The notes under the pieces were generated by a model. That model saw only the letters and a list, made by a program, of their open reading frames with translations, was not told the DNA's origin and ran no database searches. From NCBI GenBank assembly GCA_963663165.1, contig OY760175.1, positions 4,768,001-4,832,000 on the forward strand: 64,000 bases of DNA, given 5' to 3'. The first letter of the stretch is position 1. Each line of letters begins with the position of its first letter. Below are positions 10,952 to 22,898 of the stretch, one piece after another. The DNA is from an uncultured Desulfospira sp. (GTDB lineage Bacteria > Desulfobacterota > Desulfobacteria > Desulfobacterales > Desulfobacteraceae). The translations under genes and the position numbers were made by a program.

Positions 10952-11163
10952 GAGGTTTTAAGATGACGGATTATACCACAACTGAACGATTGAGGTAACA
11001 GGTATTTATTCATTACCTGCCCATAACCCTCATTTTTACTTAACACCATCACAGGCTGATGACCCATAATAAACAACGAAAGCCATGAAGGTCATGGGAC
11101 CGGCTGCCTTAACCGCCTTCAGTCTAAACCCCTTCAGCCTTTTATTATATACAGGAGGTTCTT

Positions 11164-11814
11164 TTGGCCGAAACCCGTAAACCCAAGTCAGACACTGTCT
11201 ACGGTGAAGTCCCCACCCAGATCAAAAACCCTGAGCTGGTCCGGGAACGCCGGCGTCAGATCATTGATTCCACGGTTAAACTATTTGTCCGGCATGGATA
11301 CCATAAAACCACCACCCGGATGATTGCCAAGGCGGCCGGGTTTTCCATCGGTTCATTGTATGAGTATGTGTCTTCAAAAGAGGACCTGCTTTACCTGGTC
11401 TGCCGGACTATTCACGAGGAGGTGGGCCGGGCCGTTGAAAATGCCCTGTCCGGCAATGAGCGGGAAAAGGAACAGCTGGCCGGCATTATCCGGCAGTATT
11501 TTCAGGTGTGTGACAATATGGCTGACCATATTCTGCTGATGTATCAGGTCACCCAGTTTTTACCTGAAAAGTGGCAAAAAAGGGTCCTTGCCAATGAAAT
11601 CAACATAACGGATATCTTTATCAATGCCCTGTCCGGGATGGCCGGAAAAAACAATTTCCCCGAGCTGACTGAAAAACAGATCAATCTGGTGGGCCACAAT
11701 ATTTCCGTTCTAGGGCAGATGTGGGCCTTTCGCCGCTGGCATTTTAAACGAAATTTCACCATTGACGAGTATACCACCATTCAGATTCAGTTCATTCTCG
11801 GCTTGATTTATTAA
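11164..11814 (+). CDS. TetR/AcrR family transcriptional regulator
   Basis: HTH: LFVRHGYHKTTTRMIAKAAGFSIGSLYEYVSSKEDLL; TTG start after CAGGAGG. Confidence 0.92.
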   Translation: MAETRKPKSDTVYGEVPTQIKNPELVRERRRQIIDSTVKLFVRHGYHKTTTRMIAKAAGFSIGSLYEYVSSKEDLLYLVCRTIHEEVGRAVENALSGNEREKEQLAGIIRQYFQVCDNMADHILLMYQVTQFLPEKWQKRVLANEINITDIFINALSGMAGKNNFPELTEKQINLVGHNISVLGQMWAFRRWHFKRNFTIDEYTTIQIQFILGLIY

Positions 11815-12109
11815 TTTTGGGATTCGGTGTAACTCCCCCGGATATCCCATGGCATTCAGCGAATTTTATGAAATGGAAAATTCCTGTACCCGTGAATTTT
11901 TTAAACTAATGGTTTTACCTACAAGCGTTGTGCGGTTATTACCTAAGTGTCAATTTTTTAAGGAAAAAATAAAAAAATAAGGTTTATTTTTTTGTTCATA
12001 TGTGTAAGTAGACAATATATAAACTCAGTTTAGTTTGCTCAAACTTCAGCGTTTTGATCCCGGATTTTACACCCGATTTTAAACCCGGATCTTTTAAAAA
12101 GGAGAACCC

Positions 12110-15100
12110 ATGAGCCAAGACCCCCAAGCCTACAAATCTTCTAATGCCATTAAGATCGTAACGGCCACATCCCTTTTTGACGGCCACGATGCATCCATTA
12201 ATATCATGCGCCGGATCCTCCAGGATACCGGTGCCGAGGTGATCCACATTGGCCATAACCGTTCGGCCAGGGAAGTGGTGGACGCGGCCATCGAAGAAGA
12301 TGCCCAGGGCATCGCCGTGTCCAGTTACCAGGGCGGCCATGTGGAGTATTTTAAATACATGGTGGACCTGCTAAGGGAAAAAGGGGCCCCCGGGATACAG
12401 GTGTATGGCGGGGGGGGCGGGGTGATTATCCCCGCGGAAATTGACGAGCTTCATGAATACGGCGTGACCCGGATCTTCTCCCCCGAGGACGGGGCCAAAA
12501 TGGGGCTTCAGGGCATGATCAACAGCATGATGGAAATGATGGACCATCCCACGGTGGACTACGATTCTCTGAATGTGAATGACCTTACCGTTGACAACAA
12601 ATACGTGACCGCCAACTTTATCTCGGCGGTCCAGGATACCGGCACCAATGACCCTGACCTCAAAGCCAAAATCATGGCCCAGGTATCCGAGAAAGCCTCC
12701 CAAAGGGATGTGCCGGTCATCGGTCTGACTGGTACGGGCGGGGCCGGAAAATCTTCTTTAACCGATGAGCTGATCAACCGTCTCCTAAGGGATTTTCAAG
12801 ATATGACCCTGGCCATAATTTCCTGTGATCCGTCCAGGAGAAAAACAGGGGGCGCCCTGTTAGGGGACCGGATCAGGATGAATTCCATTGATTCAGATCG
12901 GGTCTATATGCGCTCCCTTGCCACCCGGCAGTCCCAGATTGAGCTGCCTGAAGCCCTTCCCGATGCCGTGGAAGTGGTCAAGGCCGCCGGATTTGACATG
13001 GTTATTGTGGAGACCGCCGGTATCGGCCAGGGGGATTCCAGGGTAGTGGATCTGGTGGACATTTCGGTTTATGTGATGACATCGGATTTTGGCGCCCCGT
13101 CCCAGCTGGAAAAAATTGACATGCTGGATTACGCCGATCTGGTGGCGATAAACAAGTATGAGAAAAAAGGAGCTGAAGATGCGGTCCGGGATGTCAGAAA
13201 GCAGGTGCAGCGCAACCGGAAGGCCTGGGGGACAGACCCCAAGGACATGCCCGTATACGGTACCATTGCCTCAAAGTTCAACGATGACGGGGTTACGGCC
13301 TGTTACCATGGCCTGCTGGATCTCATTGCCGAGAAAAAAGGGGTTGTCTATGAATCCTCCATCCCCAGGACAGGGGTGAAGGAATCCTCATCAAAGACCA
13401 TTATTATTCCGGGTGAACGAACCCGGTATCTGGCGGAAATCGCCGATACGGTCAGAGGGTATCACCAGAACACCGAAGCCCAGGCCGACGCCGTAAGACA
13501 GCGGTGGCATCTTGAAGAAACCCTTAAAACCATTGAAGAAAGGGGCGGGGATAATCTGGACCAGATTGTCGGGAATCTCAAAAAAGCCCTTGAAGAGGCC
13601 AAAGCCCTGGTTGAAAAAGACACGGACCAGATGATTGATGATTTTCAAGAGTGCACCCGGAAATACAAAGCCGATGAGTTTGTCTACACGGTCCGGGACA
13701 GGGAATTCAGGGTGCCGCTGTATTCAAAATCCCTTTCCCATTCAAAAATTCCCAAAATTGCCCTGCCCAAGTTTAAAGATCCCGCCGAACAGTTCACCTG
13801 GATGAGAAAGGAAAATTTTGCCGGGTATTTTCCCTATACCACAGGGGTGTTTCCCTTAAAACGGGCGGATGAGGACCCTACCCGAATGTTTGCCGGAGAG
13901 GGAGGGCCTGCGGACACCAACCGGCGGTTTAAGCTGCTGTCGTCCAACTACGAGGCCAAGCGGCTTTCCACGGCCTTTGACGCGGTCACCCTGTTTGGAT
14001 ATGACCCGGAGGTAAGGCCCGATATTTACGGAAAGATCGGTACCTCAGGGGTGTCCATCTGCAACCTGGACGATGTCAAGGTGCTTTATGACGGGTTTGA
14101 CCTTTGCTCGCCAAGCACTTCGGTTTCCATGACCATCAACGGGCCTGCCCCCATTATGCTGGCCATGTTCATGAATACGGCCATTGCCCAGCAGACGGAT
14201 AAGTTTAAAGCGGAAAACAACCGCGATCCCAATGAGAATGAGGCCAAAGAGATCAGTGCCCGGGCTTTGTCTACGGTCAGGGGGACGGTCCAGGCCGATA
14301 TCCTCAAAGAAGACCAGGGGCAGAATTCCTGTATTTTTTCCATTGAATTTGCCTTGAAAATGATGGGGGATATCCAGCAGTATTTCATTGATCACCAGGT
14401 TAGAAATTTTTATTCGGTGTCCATCTCCGGTTACCATATTGCCGAGGCCGGTGCCAATCCCATTTCCCAGCTGGCCTTTACCCTGGCCAACGGGTTCACC
14501 TATGTGGAGTATTACCTGTCCCGGGGCATGGATATTGATGCCTTTGCCCCGTCTTTGAGCTTTTTCTTTTCCAACGGCATGGACCCGGAATACACGGTTA
14601 TCGGCCGGGTCGCAAGGCGGATCTGGTCGGTGGCCATGCGGTACAAGTACAAGGCCAATATCAAATCCCAGCAGCTCAAGTACCATATTCAGACTTCAGG
14701 CAGATCCCTGCACTCCCAGGATATCCAGTTCAACGATATCCGGACTACCCTCCAGGGGCTTTGCGCCATTTACGACAATTGCAACAGCCTGCATACCAAT
14801 GCCTATGACGAGGCCATTACCACCCCGTCTTCCGAGTCTGTGAGACGGGCCCTGGCCATTCAGCTGATCATCAACCGGGAATGGGGCCTGGCCAAAAATG
14901 AAAATCCCCTCCAGGGCAGTTTTATTGTGGATGAACTCACGGACCTGGTGGAAGAGGCCGTCCTTATAGAGTTTGAGCGGATTACGGAACGGGGCGGGGT
15001 TCTCGGGGCCATGGAGACCGGGTATCAGCGGGGCAAGATCCAGGAAGAGTCCATGTATTATGAATATCTAAAGCATACAGGCAAGCATCCCATTGTCGGG

Positions 15101-15385
15101 GTCAACACCTTCCAGGACCCGGATGCCGATTATGCCCGGATGGCCAACGAGCTGGAACTGGCCCGGGCCACTTCAGAGCAGAAGGATGAGCAGCTCAGAA
15201 GGCTGGAGGGGTTTAAAGCCGCCCATTCCAGCGAGTCTGAACAGGCCCTTGAAGATCTTAAACAGACCGCCCTGAACGGGGGGAATATGTTTGAAGAGTT
15301 GATGGAAACTGTCAAATCCTGTTCTCTTGGGTCTATTACCCAGGCATTGTATGAGGTAGGGGGAAAATACCGACGGAATATGTAG
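12110..15385 (+). CDS. icmF: Fused isobutyryl-CoA mutase / MeaI GTPase IcmF
   Basis: N-terminal B12 motif SLFDGHDASINIMRR, P-loop GTGGAGKSS, ETAGIGQ, mutase domain (RMFAGEG, YHIAEAGA, SLHTNAYDEA); 1091 aa. Confidence 0.95.
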   Translation: MSQDPQAYKSSNAIKIVTATSLFDGHDASINIMRRILQDTGAEVIHIGHNRSAREVVDAAIEEDAQGIAVSSYQGGHVEYFKYMVDLLREKGAPGIQVYGGGGGVIIPAEIDELHEYGVTRIFSPEDGAKMGLQGMINSMMEMMDHPTVDYDSLNVNDLTVDNKYVTANFISAVQDTGTNDPDLKAKIMAQVSEKASQRDVPVIGLTGTGGAGKSSLTDELINRLLRDFQDMTLAIISCDPSRRKTGGALLGDRIRMNSIDSDRVYMRSLATRQSQIELPEALPDAVEVVKAAGFDMVIVETAGIGQGDSRVVDLVDISVYVMTSDFGAPSQLEKIDMLDYADLVAINKYEKKGAEDAVRDVRKQVQRNRKAWGTDPKDMPVYGTIASKFNDDGVTACYHGLLDLIAEKKGVVYESSIPRTGVKESSSKTIIIPGERTRYLAEIADTVRGYHQNTEAQADAVRQRWHLEETLKTIEERGGDNLDQIVGNLKKALEEAKALVEKDTDQMIDDFQECTRKYKADEFVYTVRDREFRVPLYSKSLSHSKIPKIALPKFKDPAEQFTWMRKENFAGYFPYTTGVFPLKRADEDPTRMFAGEGGPADTNRRFKLLSSNYEAKRLSTAFDAVTLFGYDPEVRPDIYGKIGTSGVSICNLDDVKVLYDGFDLCSPSTSVSMTINGPAPIMLAMFMNTAIAQQTDKFKAENNRDPNENEAKEISARALSTVRGTVQADILKEDQGQNSCIFSIEFALKMMGDIQQYFIDHQVRNFYSVSISGYHIAEAGANPISQLAFTLANGFTYVEYYLSRGMDIDAFAPSLSFFFSNGMDPEYTVIGRVARRIWSVAMRYKYKANIKSQQLKYHIQTSGRSLHSQDIQFNDIRTTLQGLCAIYDNCNSLHTNAYDEAITTPSSESVRRALAIQLIINREWGLAKNENPLQGSFIVDELTDLVEEAVLIEFERITERGGVLGAMETGYQRGKIQEESMYYEYLKHTGKHPIVGVNTFQDPDADYARMANELELARATSEQKDEQLRRLEGFKAAHSSESEQALEDLKQTALNGGNMFEELMETVKSCSLGSITQALYEVGGKYRRNM

Positions 15386-15530
15386 TGTTTGAACGAAAAG
15401 TCACCCATCTGCTGCGTTGCAGAAAAAGTTGCAATCCTCACAACCTATAAGGTTGCTCCGGTTGCAACTTTTTCTGTGCCTTGCATATGGGCAACTTTTC
15501 GCCCAAACACGGGTTTTCGAAAAGATGTAG
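15385..15530 (+). mobile_element. MITE-like palindromic element (family B) overlapping the icmF TAG stop codon
   Basis: Near-identical inverted copy at 22755-22898; the right end here is degenerate. Confidence 0.7.
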
Positions 15531-15750
15531 GCGGGCTGAACGATGATGAAGGAAGGACTTTTTCATGAACTTCATGCCCTTCATGGTTTTTAAAAAAACA
15601 AAGCCATGTGATGTTGATGAATGCTCCTTCTAATCAATAGAATTTATGTGATAATTCTTTCAGGGTAAATTTACCCTTGCATGGCTGGTAAAAGATAAAC
15701 AAAGATGCTAAGAAACAGTTAAAAATAATTCGAACAAGGAGCAGGTTTCC

Positions 15751-16926
<1,176 letters not shown>

Positions 16927-17040
16927 TCTGGTTTGGACGACGATTCACCCGGCATTGCCCTGATTGATTCTGGCAGATCGTTGTCCATACGTTTGTTTTA
17001 ATTTGAAATCGATATCTGTGAATCTTCTCAAGGAGGAAAA

Positions 17041-17889
17041 ATGAGTGTTGAAAAATTTGGTGTAATCGGCGCAGGACAGATGGGAAACGGAATCGCCCAG
17101 GTAGCGGCAACCGCCGGGCTTGAAGTTCTCATGAGCGATATTAAGCCTGAGTTTTGTGAAAAAGGGGTGGCCACCATTACCAAGAACCTGGACCGGATGG
17201 TAAAAAAGGAAAAGATCTCAGAAGATGATAAAGCCGCCATCCTTGGCCGGATTAAAACCACCACCAACCTTGCGGACATGGGCGGCGTGGATTTTGTGGT
17301 TGAGGCGGCTGTGGAGCGCGAGGACTTGAAATTCAATATCTTCAAGGAACTGGACAAGGCCTGCCCCCCTGAAGTTATCCTGTCCACCAATACCTCATCC
17401 ATCCCCATCGGCCGGATCGCGGCCCAGACCTCAAGGCCGGACAAGATCATCGGCATGCATTTCATGAATCCCGTACCGGTGATGAAACTGGTGGAAGTCA
17501 TCAAGGGGATTGCCACGTCAGAAGAAACCTTTAAGCTGACCTGGGACCTGTGCGAAAAATTCGGCAAGACCCCGGCGGAAGCCAATGATTATCCGGGCTT
17601 TATCGCCAACCGGATCCTGCTTCCCATGATCAACGAGGCCGTGTTCTGCCTGTATCAGGGCGTGGGCAAGGTAGAAGATATTGATACGGTCATGCGCCTT
17701 GGCATGAACCATCCCATGGGCCCCCTGGCCCTGGCCGACCTCATCGGCTTGGACACCTGCCTGGCCATCATGGAAACCCTGTATGACGGGTTTAAAGATT
17801 CCAAGTACCGTCCCTGCCCGCTGCTCAGAAAATACGTTGAAGTGGGCTGGCTGGGAAGAAAGACCGGCAAAGGATTCTACGACTATTAA
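17041..17889 (+). CDS. hbd: 3-hydroxybutyryl-CoA dehydrogenase
   Basis: GAGQMGNG, TNTSS, GMHFMNPVP, GFIANR, NHPMGPL, GRKTGKGFY; 282 aa. Confidence 0.93.
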   Translation: MSVEKFGVIGAGQMGNGIAQVAATAGLEVLMSDIKPEFCEKGVATITKNLDRMVKKEKISEDDKAAILGRIKTTTNLADMGGVDFVVEAAVEREDLKFNIFKELDKACPPEVILSTNTSSIPIGRIAAQTSRPDKIIGMHFMNPVPVMKLVEVIKGIATSEETFKLTWDLCEKFGKTPAEANDYPGFIANRILLPMINEAVFCLYQGVGKVEDIDTVMRLGMNHPMGPLALADLIGLDTCLAIMETLYDGFKDSKYRPCPLLRKYVEVGWLGRKTGKGFYDY

Positions 17890-17892
17890 CAG

Positions 17893-17965
17893 GTGGTTGA
17901 ACGGCAGGTCACCCATCTGCTGCGTTGCAGAAAAATTTGCATTTGGGTAACTTTCCGTCCAAGCC
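17893..17965 (+). repeat. Internally deleted copy of family B MITE
   Basis: gtcacccatctgctgcgttgcagaaaaa core shared with the 15385 and 22755 copies. Confidence 0.65.
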
Positions 17966-18000
17966 CGGGATTAACGGTAAGTTATAATACAATTGCAGCA

Positions 18001-18044
18001 AAAAGCCTGAAGGACGTGGGAAATCCCGTCCTTCAGGCTTTTTT
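18001..18044. terminator. Bidirectional rho-independent terminator between hbd and dctQ
   Basis: aaaagcctgaaggacg-loop-cgtccttcaggctttttt. Confidence 0.8.
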
Positions 18045-18146
18045 AATGAATTTGCCCGGGGCGCAATTGGTTGTCCCGTGCCCCCGGGCTTGCTTTTTGT
18101 TAATCTTTCGGCTGTGATAAAAAAACAATTCCCATCAAAGGTCTGA

Positions 18147-18668
18147 TCAGTCCCAAAGGGCCTGGATTTCCTCAGCATATGCATCGCTGCTAATGGCCAG
18201 AACCGCTTTTATGGCATCCCGCAATAAAATAACGGTAAAACAGGCAAGGGAGGCACACTCAATCAGCACAAAGGGCCATTGGGGAACCAGCAGCATCCCG
18301 GTGCAAGTCCCTTTCTTATAAAAGTAAAGGGTCTGCAGGACGGTGGCATAGGTTGCAAACCCGAGAACAACCGTTGACAGAATTGAGGTGAAGCCAAAAC
18401 AGATAAATCTGGGAACCTGGGGCATCATCCCGATGAACATGGTCACATGGATATGCCGATGCACGGTCTGGGTGTAGGACCAGGAAGTGAAGATCAATAC
18501 GCACATTACCAGGGTTGATATCTCGTATCCGCCTTTAATGGGTGAATTAAACACGTGGCGCAGTATCACATCCAGGCTCATGTAAACCATGAGAAACGCC
18601 GCTCCCGCCATACTCAGATAGCTAATATATCGGCACATTTTGTCGGTAATCTGGGTAAAAGTCTTCAT
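18147..18668 (-). CDS. TRAP transporter small permease (DctQ family)
   Basis: 4 TM helices, DVILRHVFNSPI, HIHVTM. Confidence 0.88.
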   Translation of the reverse strand: MKTFTQITDKMCRYISYLSMAGAAFLMVYMSLDVILRHVFNSPIKGGYEISTLVMCVLIFTSWSYTQTVHRHIHVTMFIGMMPQVPRFICFGFTSILSTVVLGFATYATVLQTLYFYKKGTCTGMLLVPQWPFVLIECASLACFTVILLRDAIKAVLAISSDAYAEEIQALWD

Positions 18669-18712
18669 ATCCGGTCCTTTCCTTCTCTGTACTCAATCAC
18701 AATGCGGGTTTA

Positions 18713-19807
18713 TCAGTCTTTAAAGCTGTCAATGGTCACCGGCTCAGCCCAGGGATTGGCGTATTGGGCGGCATACCGGCCGGAGATTTCCATGGCCTTA
18801 TCGTAGATGGCTTTGCCGTTGAGGCCTTTCTTGTTCAAGTACTCAATATACTCGGCATGTACCTGACCTTTGACAGATTTAAACTTGGCCACCAGCTCAT
18901 CGGTGGGATTGTAAATTTCAACCCCGAGTTTGTCGGCGTTGTCATAAATCCAGGCCCGGGTTGAATCCCAGTAAACGCCGGCCATTTTGCTGGCATAATC
19001 TTTGGAATACTTATCAATGCTGGCTTTGAGTTCATCGGGAAGGGATTCATATTTGTCTTTGTTCATCAGGATAAACAGGGGAGAATGGGTGGCCGGGTAA
19101 TCCATGATGTACTTTAAGACGTCGGTCAGTTTAAAGGCCGCAATGTTGTGCCAGTCATTGAGACAGCCTTCAATCACGTCTTTTTCAAGGGATTCATAGG
19201 TTTCCGGGGTGGCCACGGTCATGGGAGCGGCACCAATGGCGGTTGCCCATAAAGCGCAGGTTGAACCTGGCGCACGAATCCGCAGGCCCTGCATGTCATC
19301 AATGGTATTGATTTTTTTCTTGGTGGTGCTGATGGGGGCGTAGGTGCAGGCAGAGAGCTGAACTACATAAAAATCTTCATATTCGGTCTGAAGCTCGGGG
19401 ATTTCTTTGAGCATGTCCATGAAAACAGCTGATCCCATGCGGGCGCAGGTGATGCCGTTCTGGGGCAGCAGGATAAACTCTGAAATCGGGAACTGGCCGG
19501 AATAAATCCCGGCAGCACTCCAGCACAGATCTGCCGTACCGTTTACGACAGCGTCAACAGAGCCGCCGGCACCGACCAGGGAACCGCCATGGTAATAGAC
19601 AAACTTAATTTGTCCCTTGGATTCTTTTTCAACTTTGCTGCCCCAGGCTTCCACATACTGCCCGCAGATACTGGTGGCCGGGTCATGGTTTTGTACAATG
19701 AGCTGGTACTTTTTGGCACAAGCGCTTTGAACACCCAACGAAAGCGCAAACATACTGAGTGCCGCGGTCATCACAAATGCAGTAAATAACGTCTTTTTCA
19801 TTTTCAT
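18713..19807 (-). CDS. TRAP substrate-binding protein (DctP family)
   Basis: Signal peptide; DMQGLRIR, YESLEKDVIEG, MNKDKYESLP. Confidence 0.9.
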   Translation of the reverse strand: MKMKKTLFTAFVMTAALSMFALSLGVQSACAKKYQLIVQNHDPATSICGQYVEAWGSKVEKESKGQIKFVYYHGGSLVGAGGSVDAVVNGTADLCWSAAGIYSGQFPISEFILLPQNGITCARMGSAVFMDMLKEIPELQTEYEDFYVVQLSACTYAPISTTKKKINTIDDMQGLRIRAPGSTCALWATAIGAAPMTVATPETYESLEKDVIEGCLNDWHNIAAFKLTDVLKYIMDYPATHSPLFILMNKDKYESLPDELKASIDKYSKDYASKMAGVYWDSTRAWIYDNADKLGVEIYNPTDELVAKFKSVKGQVHAEYIEYLNKKGLNGKAIYDKAMEISGRYAAQYANPWAEPVTIDSFKD

Positions 19808-19832
19808 GTCTCCTTAAAGTTTTTTTAAAAAA

Positions 19833-19996
19833 GAAAGCCTCACTAACATCCTGCATTGACTTTCAGTGTTTGTCATGGACGATGTTCAGGTCGGACACCT
19901 TAAACCGTCCGTGACGGTTATATGAAAAAATTACATTACAGCCTTTAGTAATTTTTTCATGATAGGTTATGGGCCGTTTCAGCGGCCCGTGGCCGT
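19833..19996 (+). repeat. Family A two-hairpin repeat, two tandem units
   Basis: Shares cactaacatcctg...ctttca and ccgtccgtgacggttatatgaaa with the copies at 28309 and 40471. Confidence 0.75.
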
Positions 19997-20021
19997 AGTA
20001 GTCGTGGTTCTGTGGCTATGA

Positions 20022-21326
20022 TCATGATCCGACAAAGCTGGGTAGCCAGAGTGACAGGATCGGGAACAGACAGACAATGATAATGGCCACTGCCATGCCG
20101 CCGACCATGGGGGCAACTCCTCTGAATATTTTAACAAGGGGGATATCCTTGGCAGCGCCGGAAACAATATAGACATTCATGCCGACAGGGGGGGTAATCA
20201 GACCCATTTCCATAACCATGATCATGACAACGCCGTACCAGATGGCATCAAATCCCATGGAGGTCACAATGGGGAGAAATATGGGAACGGTAAGCATTAC
20301 CATGGCCAGTGAGTCCATGATACAGCCTAAGAGGGCATAAATCAGAATGATGGTCGCCAGAATCACGTATTTGCTGACGGCAAGGGTTTCAACCCATTCG
20401 GCCAGGGTCATGGGCAGCTGGGTAATGGCCAGAAAAGCGCCAAAAACATAAGCACCGATCAGAATCAAAAATACCATGGAGGAGGTGACTATGGTTGACC
20501 TTAAGCATTCCATAAACACGTTCCATTTGAATTTTCCCTTTAAAATCAGGTAAATAAGGGTCAATAAGGCCCCTACTGCTGCCGCCTCGTTGGCAGTAAA
20601 CAGCCCGATAAACATGCCCCCGACAACGATCAGAAATAACATGATCAGGGCCATGCCGCCCTTGACCGCTATCAGTTTTTCCTTCCAGGAATAGTGGACG
20701 GCCTTTGGAGCCAGTTCCGGCTTAATCCGAACCACAACGGATATGGTCAAAATGTAGCAGATGGCCAGGACAATCCCTGGGATAATGCCGGCCGCGAACA
20801 GTTTTCCAATGGACTGCTCGGCTACAATACCGTAAATAATAAAACCGGTACTCGGCGGAATCAGGATCCCCAGGGTCCCGCCGGCAGCAATGGACCCGGC
20901 GGACAGGCTGTCGTCATAGCCCGCCTTTCGCATCTCGGGCAGGGCCACCACACTCATGGTCGCGGCAGTGGCTGCGGTTGACCCGCAGATGGCGGAAAAC
21001 CCCGCGCAGGCCGCCACCGTGGACATGGCCAGCCCGCCTTTGCGGCCGCCCAGCCATTTGTTGGCAAAATCGAACAGATCCGCTGACATCCCCGAGTGAA
21101 AGGCCAACTGGCCCATCAGCACAAACAGCGGGATAACGGTGAACGAATAGGTGGTTGCCTGGGTAAAGGGAATCGATTTTAAAAGCCCCAGGGCGGGCCC
21201 GTAATCCCTGACAAACCAGAACCCGAAAAAACCGACCGCCATCATCGCAATACCGATGTTCATCCCCATAACCAGCAGAATCATTAAAATAATTACGCCT
21301 ATAATTGCTATCGTGATAAAATCCAT
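20022..21326 (-). CDS. TRAP transporter large permease (DctM family)
   Basis: IPLFVLMG, AGGTLGILIPPS, FTANEAAAVG, GLITPPVG. Confidence 0.93.
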   Translation of the reverse strand: MDFITIAIIGVIILMILLVMGMNIGIAMMAVGFFGFWFVRDYGPALGLLKSIPFTQATTYSFTVIPLFVLMGQLAFHSGMSADLFDFANKWLGGRKGGLAMSTVAACAGFSAICGSTAATAATMSVVALPEMRKAGYDDSLSAGSIAAGGTLGILIPPSTGFIIYGIVAEQSIGKLFAAGIIPGIVLAICYILTISVVVRIKPELAPKAVHYSWKEKLIAVKGGMALIMLFLIVVGGMFIGLFTANEAAAVGALLTLIYLILKGKFKWNVFMECLRSTIVTSSMVFLILIGAYVFGAFLAITQLPMTLAEWVETLAVSKYVILATIILIYALLGCIMDSLAMVMLTVPIFLPIVTSMGFDAIWYGVVMIMVMEMGLITPPVGMNVYIVSGAAKDIPLVKIFRGVAPMVGGMAVAIIIVCLFPILSLWLPSFVGS

Positions 21327-21582
21327 TTAATACGTGTCTCCCAAATCAGTCTTTCTCCGCTCGATAATTAAGTGGTGCAAAACCATTATTTAATTTTTCA
21401 ATTTTTATTTAAAAAATTTCCCATAAAACATCAAAAACAGTATAGGCTCATATCTTATCTCATGCGATTATGCAACCCTTTTCCAAAATCATCTAAAAAC
21501 AAAACGGTTGACTCCATAGACCCAAAAAGCCTTGTCATCAGGCCGTTACAGCTATTTTTAAAATCGTTTACCAATATAATTT

Positions 21583-21598
21583 AGCAAAAAGAATGCCA
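21583..21598 (-). promoter_or_regulatory. Sigma-54 -24/-12 promoter facing the TRAP genes
   Basis: Minus strand TGGCATTCTTTTTGCT = GG-N10-GC with TGGCA and TTGC. Confidence 0.6.
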
Positions 21599-21796
21599 TG
21601 GGGAATTTCAGTAAAAATACGGTTGGTGAAATGGGGCGCAACCCTGCACCACAGCTATTTTTCGGCTGGAAAATTTTTATGAATACAGCGGGTGCCGGAA
21701 AGGCAGATTGACTCATTGTGTCAGCTTTTTTTTCACCATGCCAAAAACTTTACGGCCGTTTTGGAATTCCCCATGGGATCAATTTCTTTGCATCCT

Positions 21797-22444
21797 TTAT
21801 CTGGATATGGCCAGTTTAATGCCGTAGCCGACAAATATGGCACCGGCGGTCCTTTCAATTTTTCGTTTGTGGGCCTCAAAGGCTTTTTTGGCTTTATCGT
21901 ATGAAAAAACAGCGGCCACAAAAGAATACCAGCCAGCGGAAACAGCGCATATCAATAAAACGCATGCCGCGCCGTTCTGGGGGGCCGGATCAGGTGAAAC
22001 CGTTGCCGCAAAAAGGCCTGTCATAAAAAACGCTGTCTTTGGGTTAAGCAGATTGGTTAACAGCCCGAGCCTGAAACAGCTCATGGCCGAATGGGGTTTG
22101 GTGCCGTTATCGCATTGAACCGGATCTTTCCTTTTAAAAATCAGGTTCAACCCCACCACCATGAGATAAAGGCCGCCCGTTATTTTCAGAAAAATATACA
22201 GTATCGGCACGGTTTTAAATAAAATGGAGATGCCCATGTATCCGGATACGGACCAGACCAGTGTGCCGGCAACGATCCCCAAAACCGTATAAAACGACAA
22301 CCGGCGGGTGGTGCCGATGGCGGTATGAATGGTGATAAAGAAGTTGGGTCCCGGTGTGGCGGCGGCCAGTCCCCAGATAATTAAAACAGAATACAACATC
22401 TTAAAATCCAACGGCAGCACTTGAATGTCTTGCATAAGCTCCAT
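21797..22444 (-). CDS. LysE/RhtB family amino-acid exporter
   Basis: TPGPNFF, GGLYL, GLLTNLLNPK. Confidence 0.92.
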   Translation of the reverse strand: MELMQDIQVLPLDFKMLYSVLIIWGLAAATPGPNFFITIHTAIGTTRRLSFYTVLGIVAGTLVWSVSGYMGISILFKTVPILYIFLKITGGLYLMVVGLNLIFKRKDPVQCDNGTKPHSAMSCFRLGLLTNLLNPKTAFFMTGLFAATVSPDPAPQNGAACVLLICAVSAGWYSFVAAVFSYDKAKKAFEAHKRKIERTAGAIFVGYGIKLAISR

Positions 22445-22465
22445 ATTTTGAAATTTCCCTTTATG

Positions 22466-22714
22466 CTATCTTTTTCCGATAATCAGCAGGGCTGCGTAAG
22501 GCACCGCATTAAAAACAAGCCAGACGATTTTATACAAGCCAATGAAACAATAATAAATTTCGTTTAACGATTCACGGGGAATCTGAAATAATTTGCTGTG
22601 AACCAGAACCACCCGGTCAAGCCCAGCCATGCCGATGATGACGCTGAAAATCAGCAAAGCGCCGTTTATAATGGTACACCACATGAAAAACAGCTTTATT
22701 TTTTGAAAATCCAT
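22466..22714 (-). CDS. Small membrane protein, 82 aa (DUF6868-like)
   Basis: AGGAGG RBS before MDFQKIK; FFMWCTIINGALL...YKIVWLVFNAVPY. The longer ORF call runs into a MITE. Confidence 0.7.
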   Translation of the reverse strand: MDFQKIKLFFMWCTIINGALLIFSVIIGMAGLDRVVLVHSKLFQIPRESLNEIYYCFIGLYKIVWLVFNAVPYAALLIIGKR

Positions 22715-22754
22715 TATGATGCCTCCTTTTTTCAAGAAGCCTTTTTTGTAAGTA

Positions 22755-22898
22755 GTGTCTGAACGAAAACCCGTGTTTGGGCGAAAAGTTGGCCAGATGC
22801 AAGGCGCAGAAAAATTTGCAACCGGAGCAACCATAAGGGTTGTGAGGATTGCAAATTTTTCTGCAACGCAGCAGATGGGTGACTTTTCGGTCAAACAC
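22755..22898 (-). mobile_element. Complete family B MITE (144 bp) with terminal inverted repeats and flanking TA
   Basis: TA|GTGTCTGAACGAAAA ... TTTTCGGTCAAACAC|TA, with a long internal palindrome. Confidence 0.75.

Noticed and set aside
11040..11110. Fluoride- or GEMM-like riboswitch fragments (gctgatgac; aaagccatg...ccggctgcc)
   Set aside because: The required 5' halves and pairings are absent.
11815..11900. Cobalamin riboswitch before icmF (gggattcggtgtaactcc resembles part of the core)
   Set aside because: The GCnACUG element and B12 box are missing; a partial match only.
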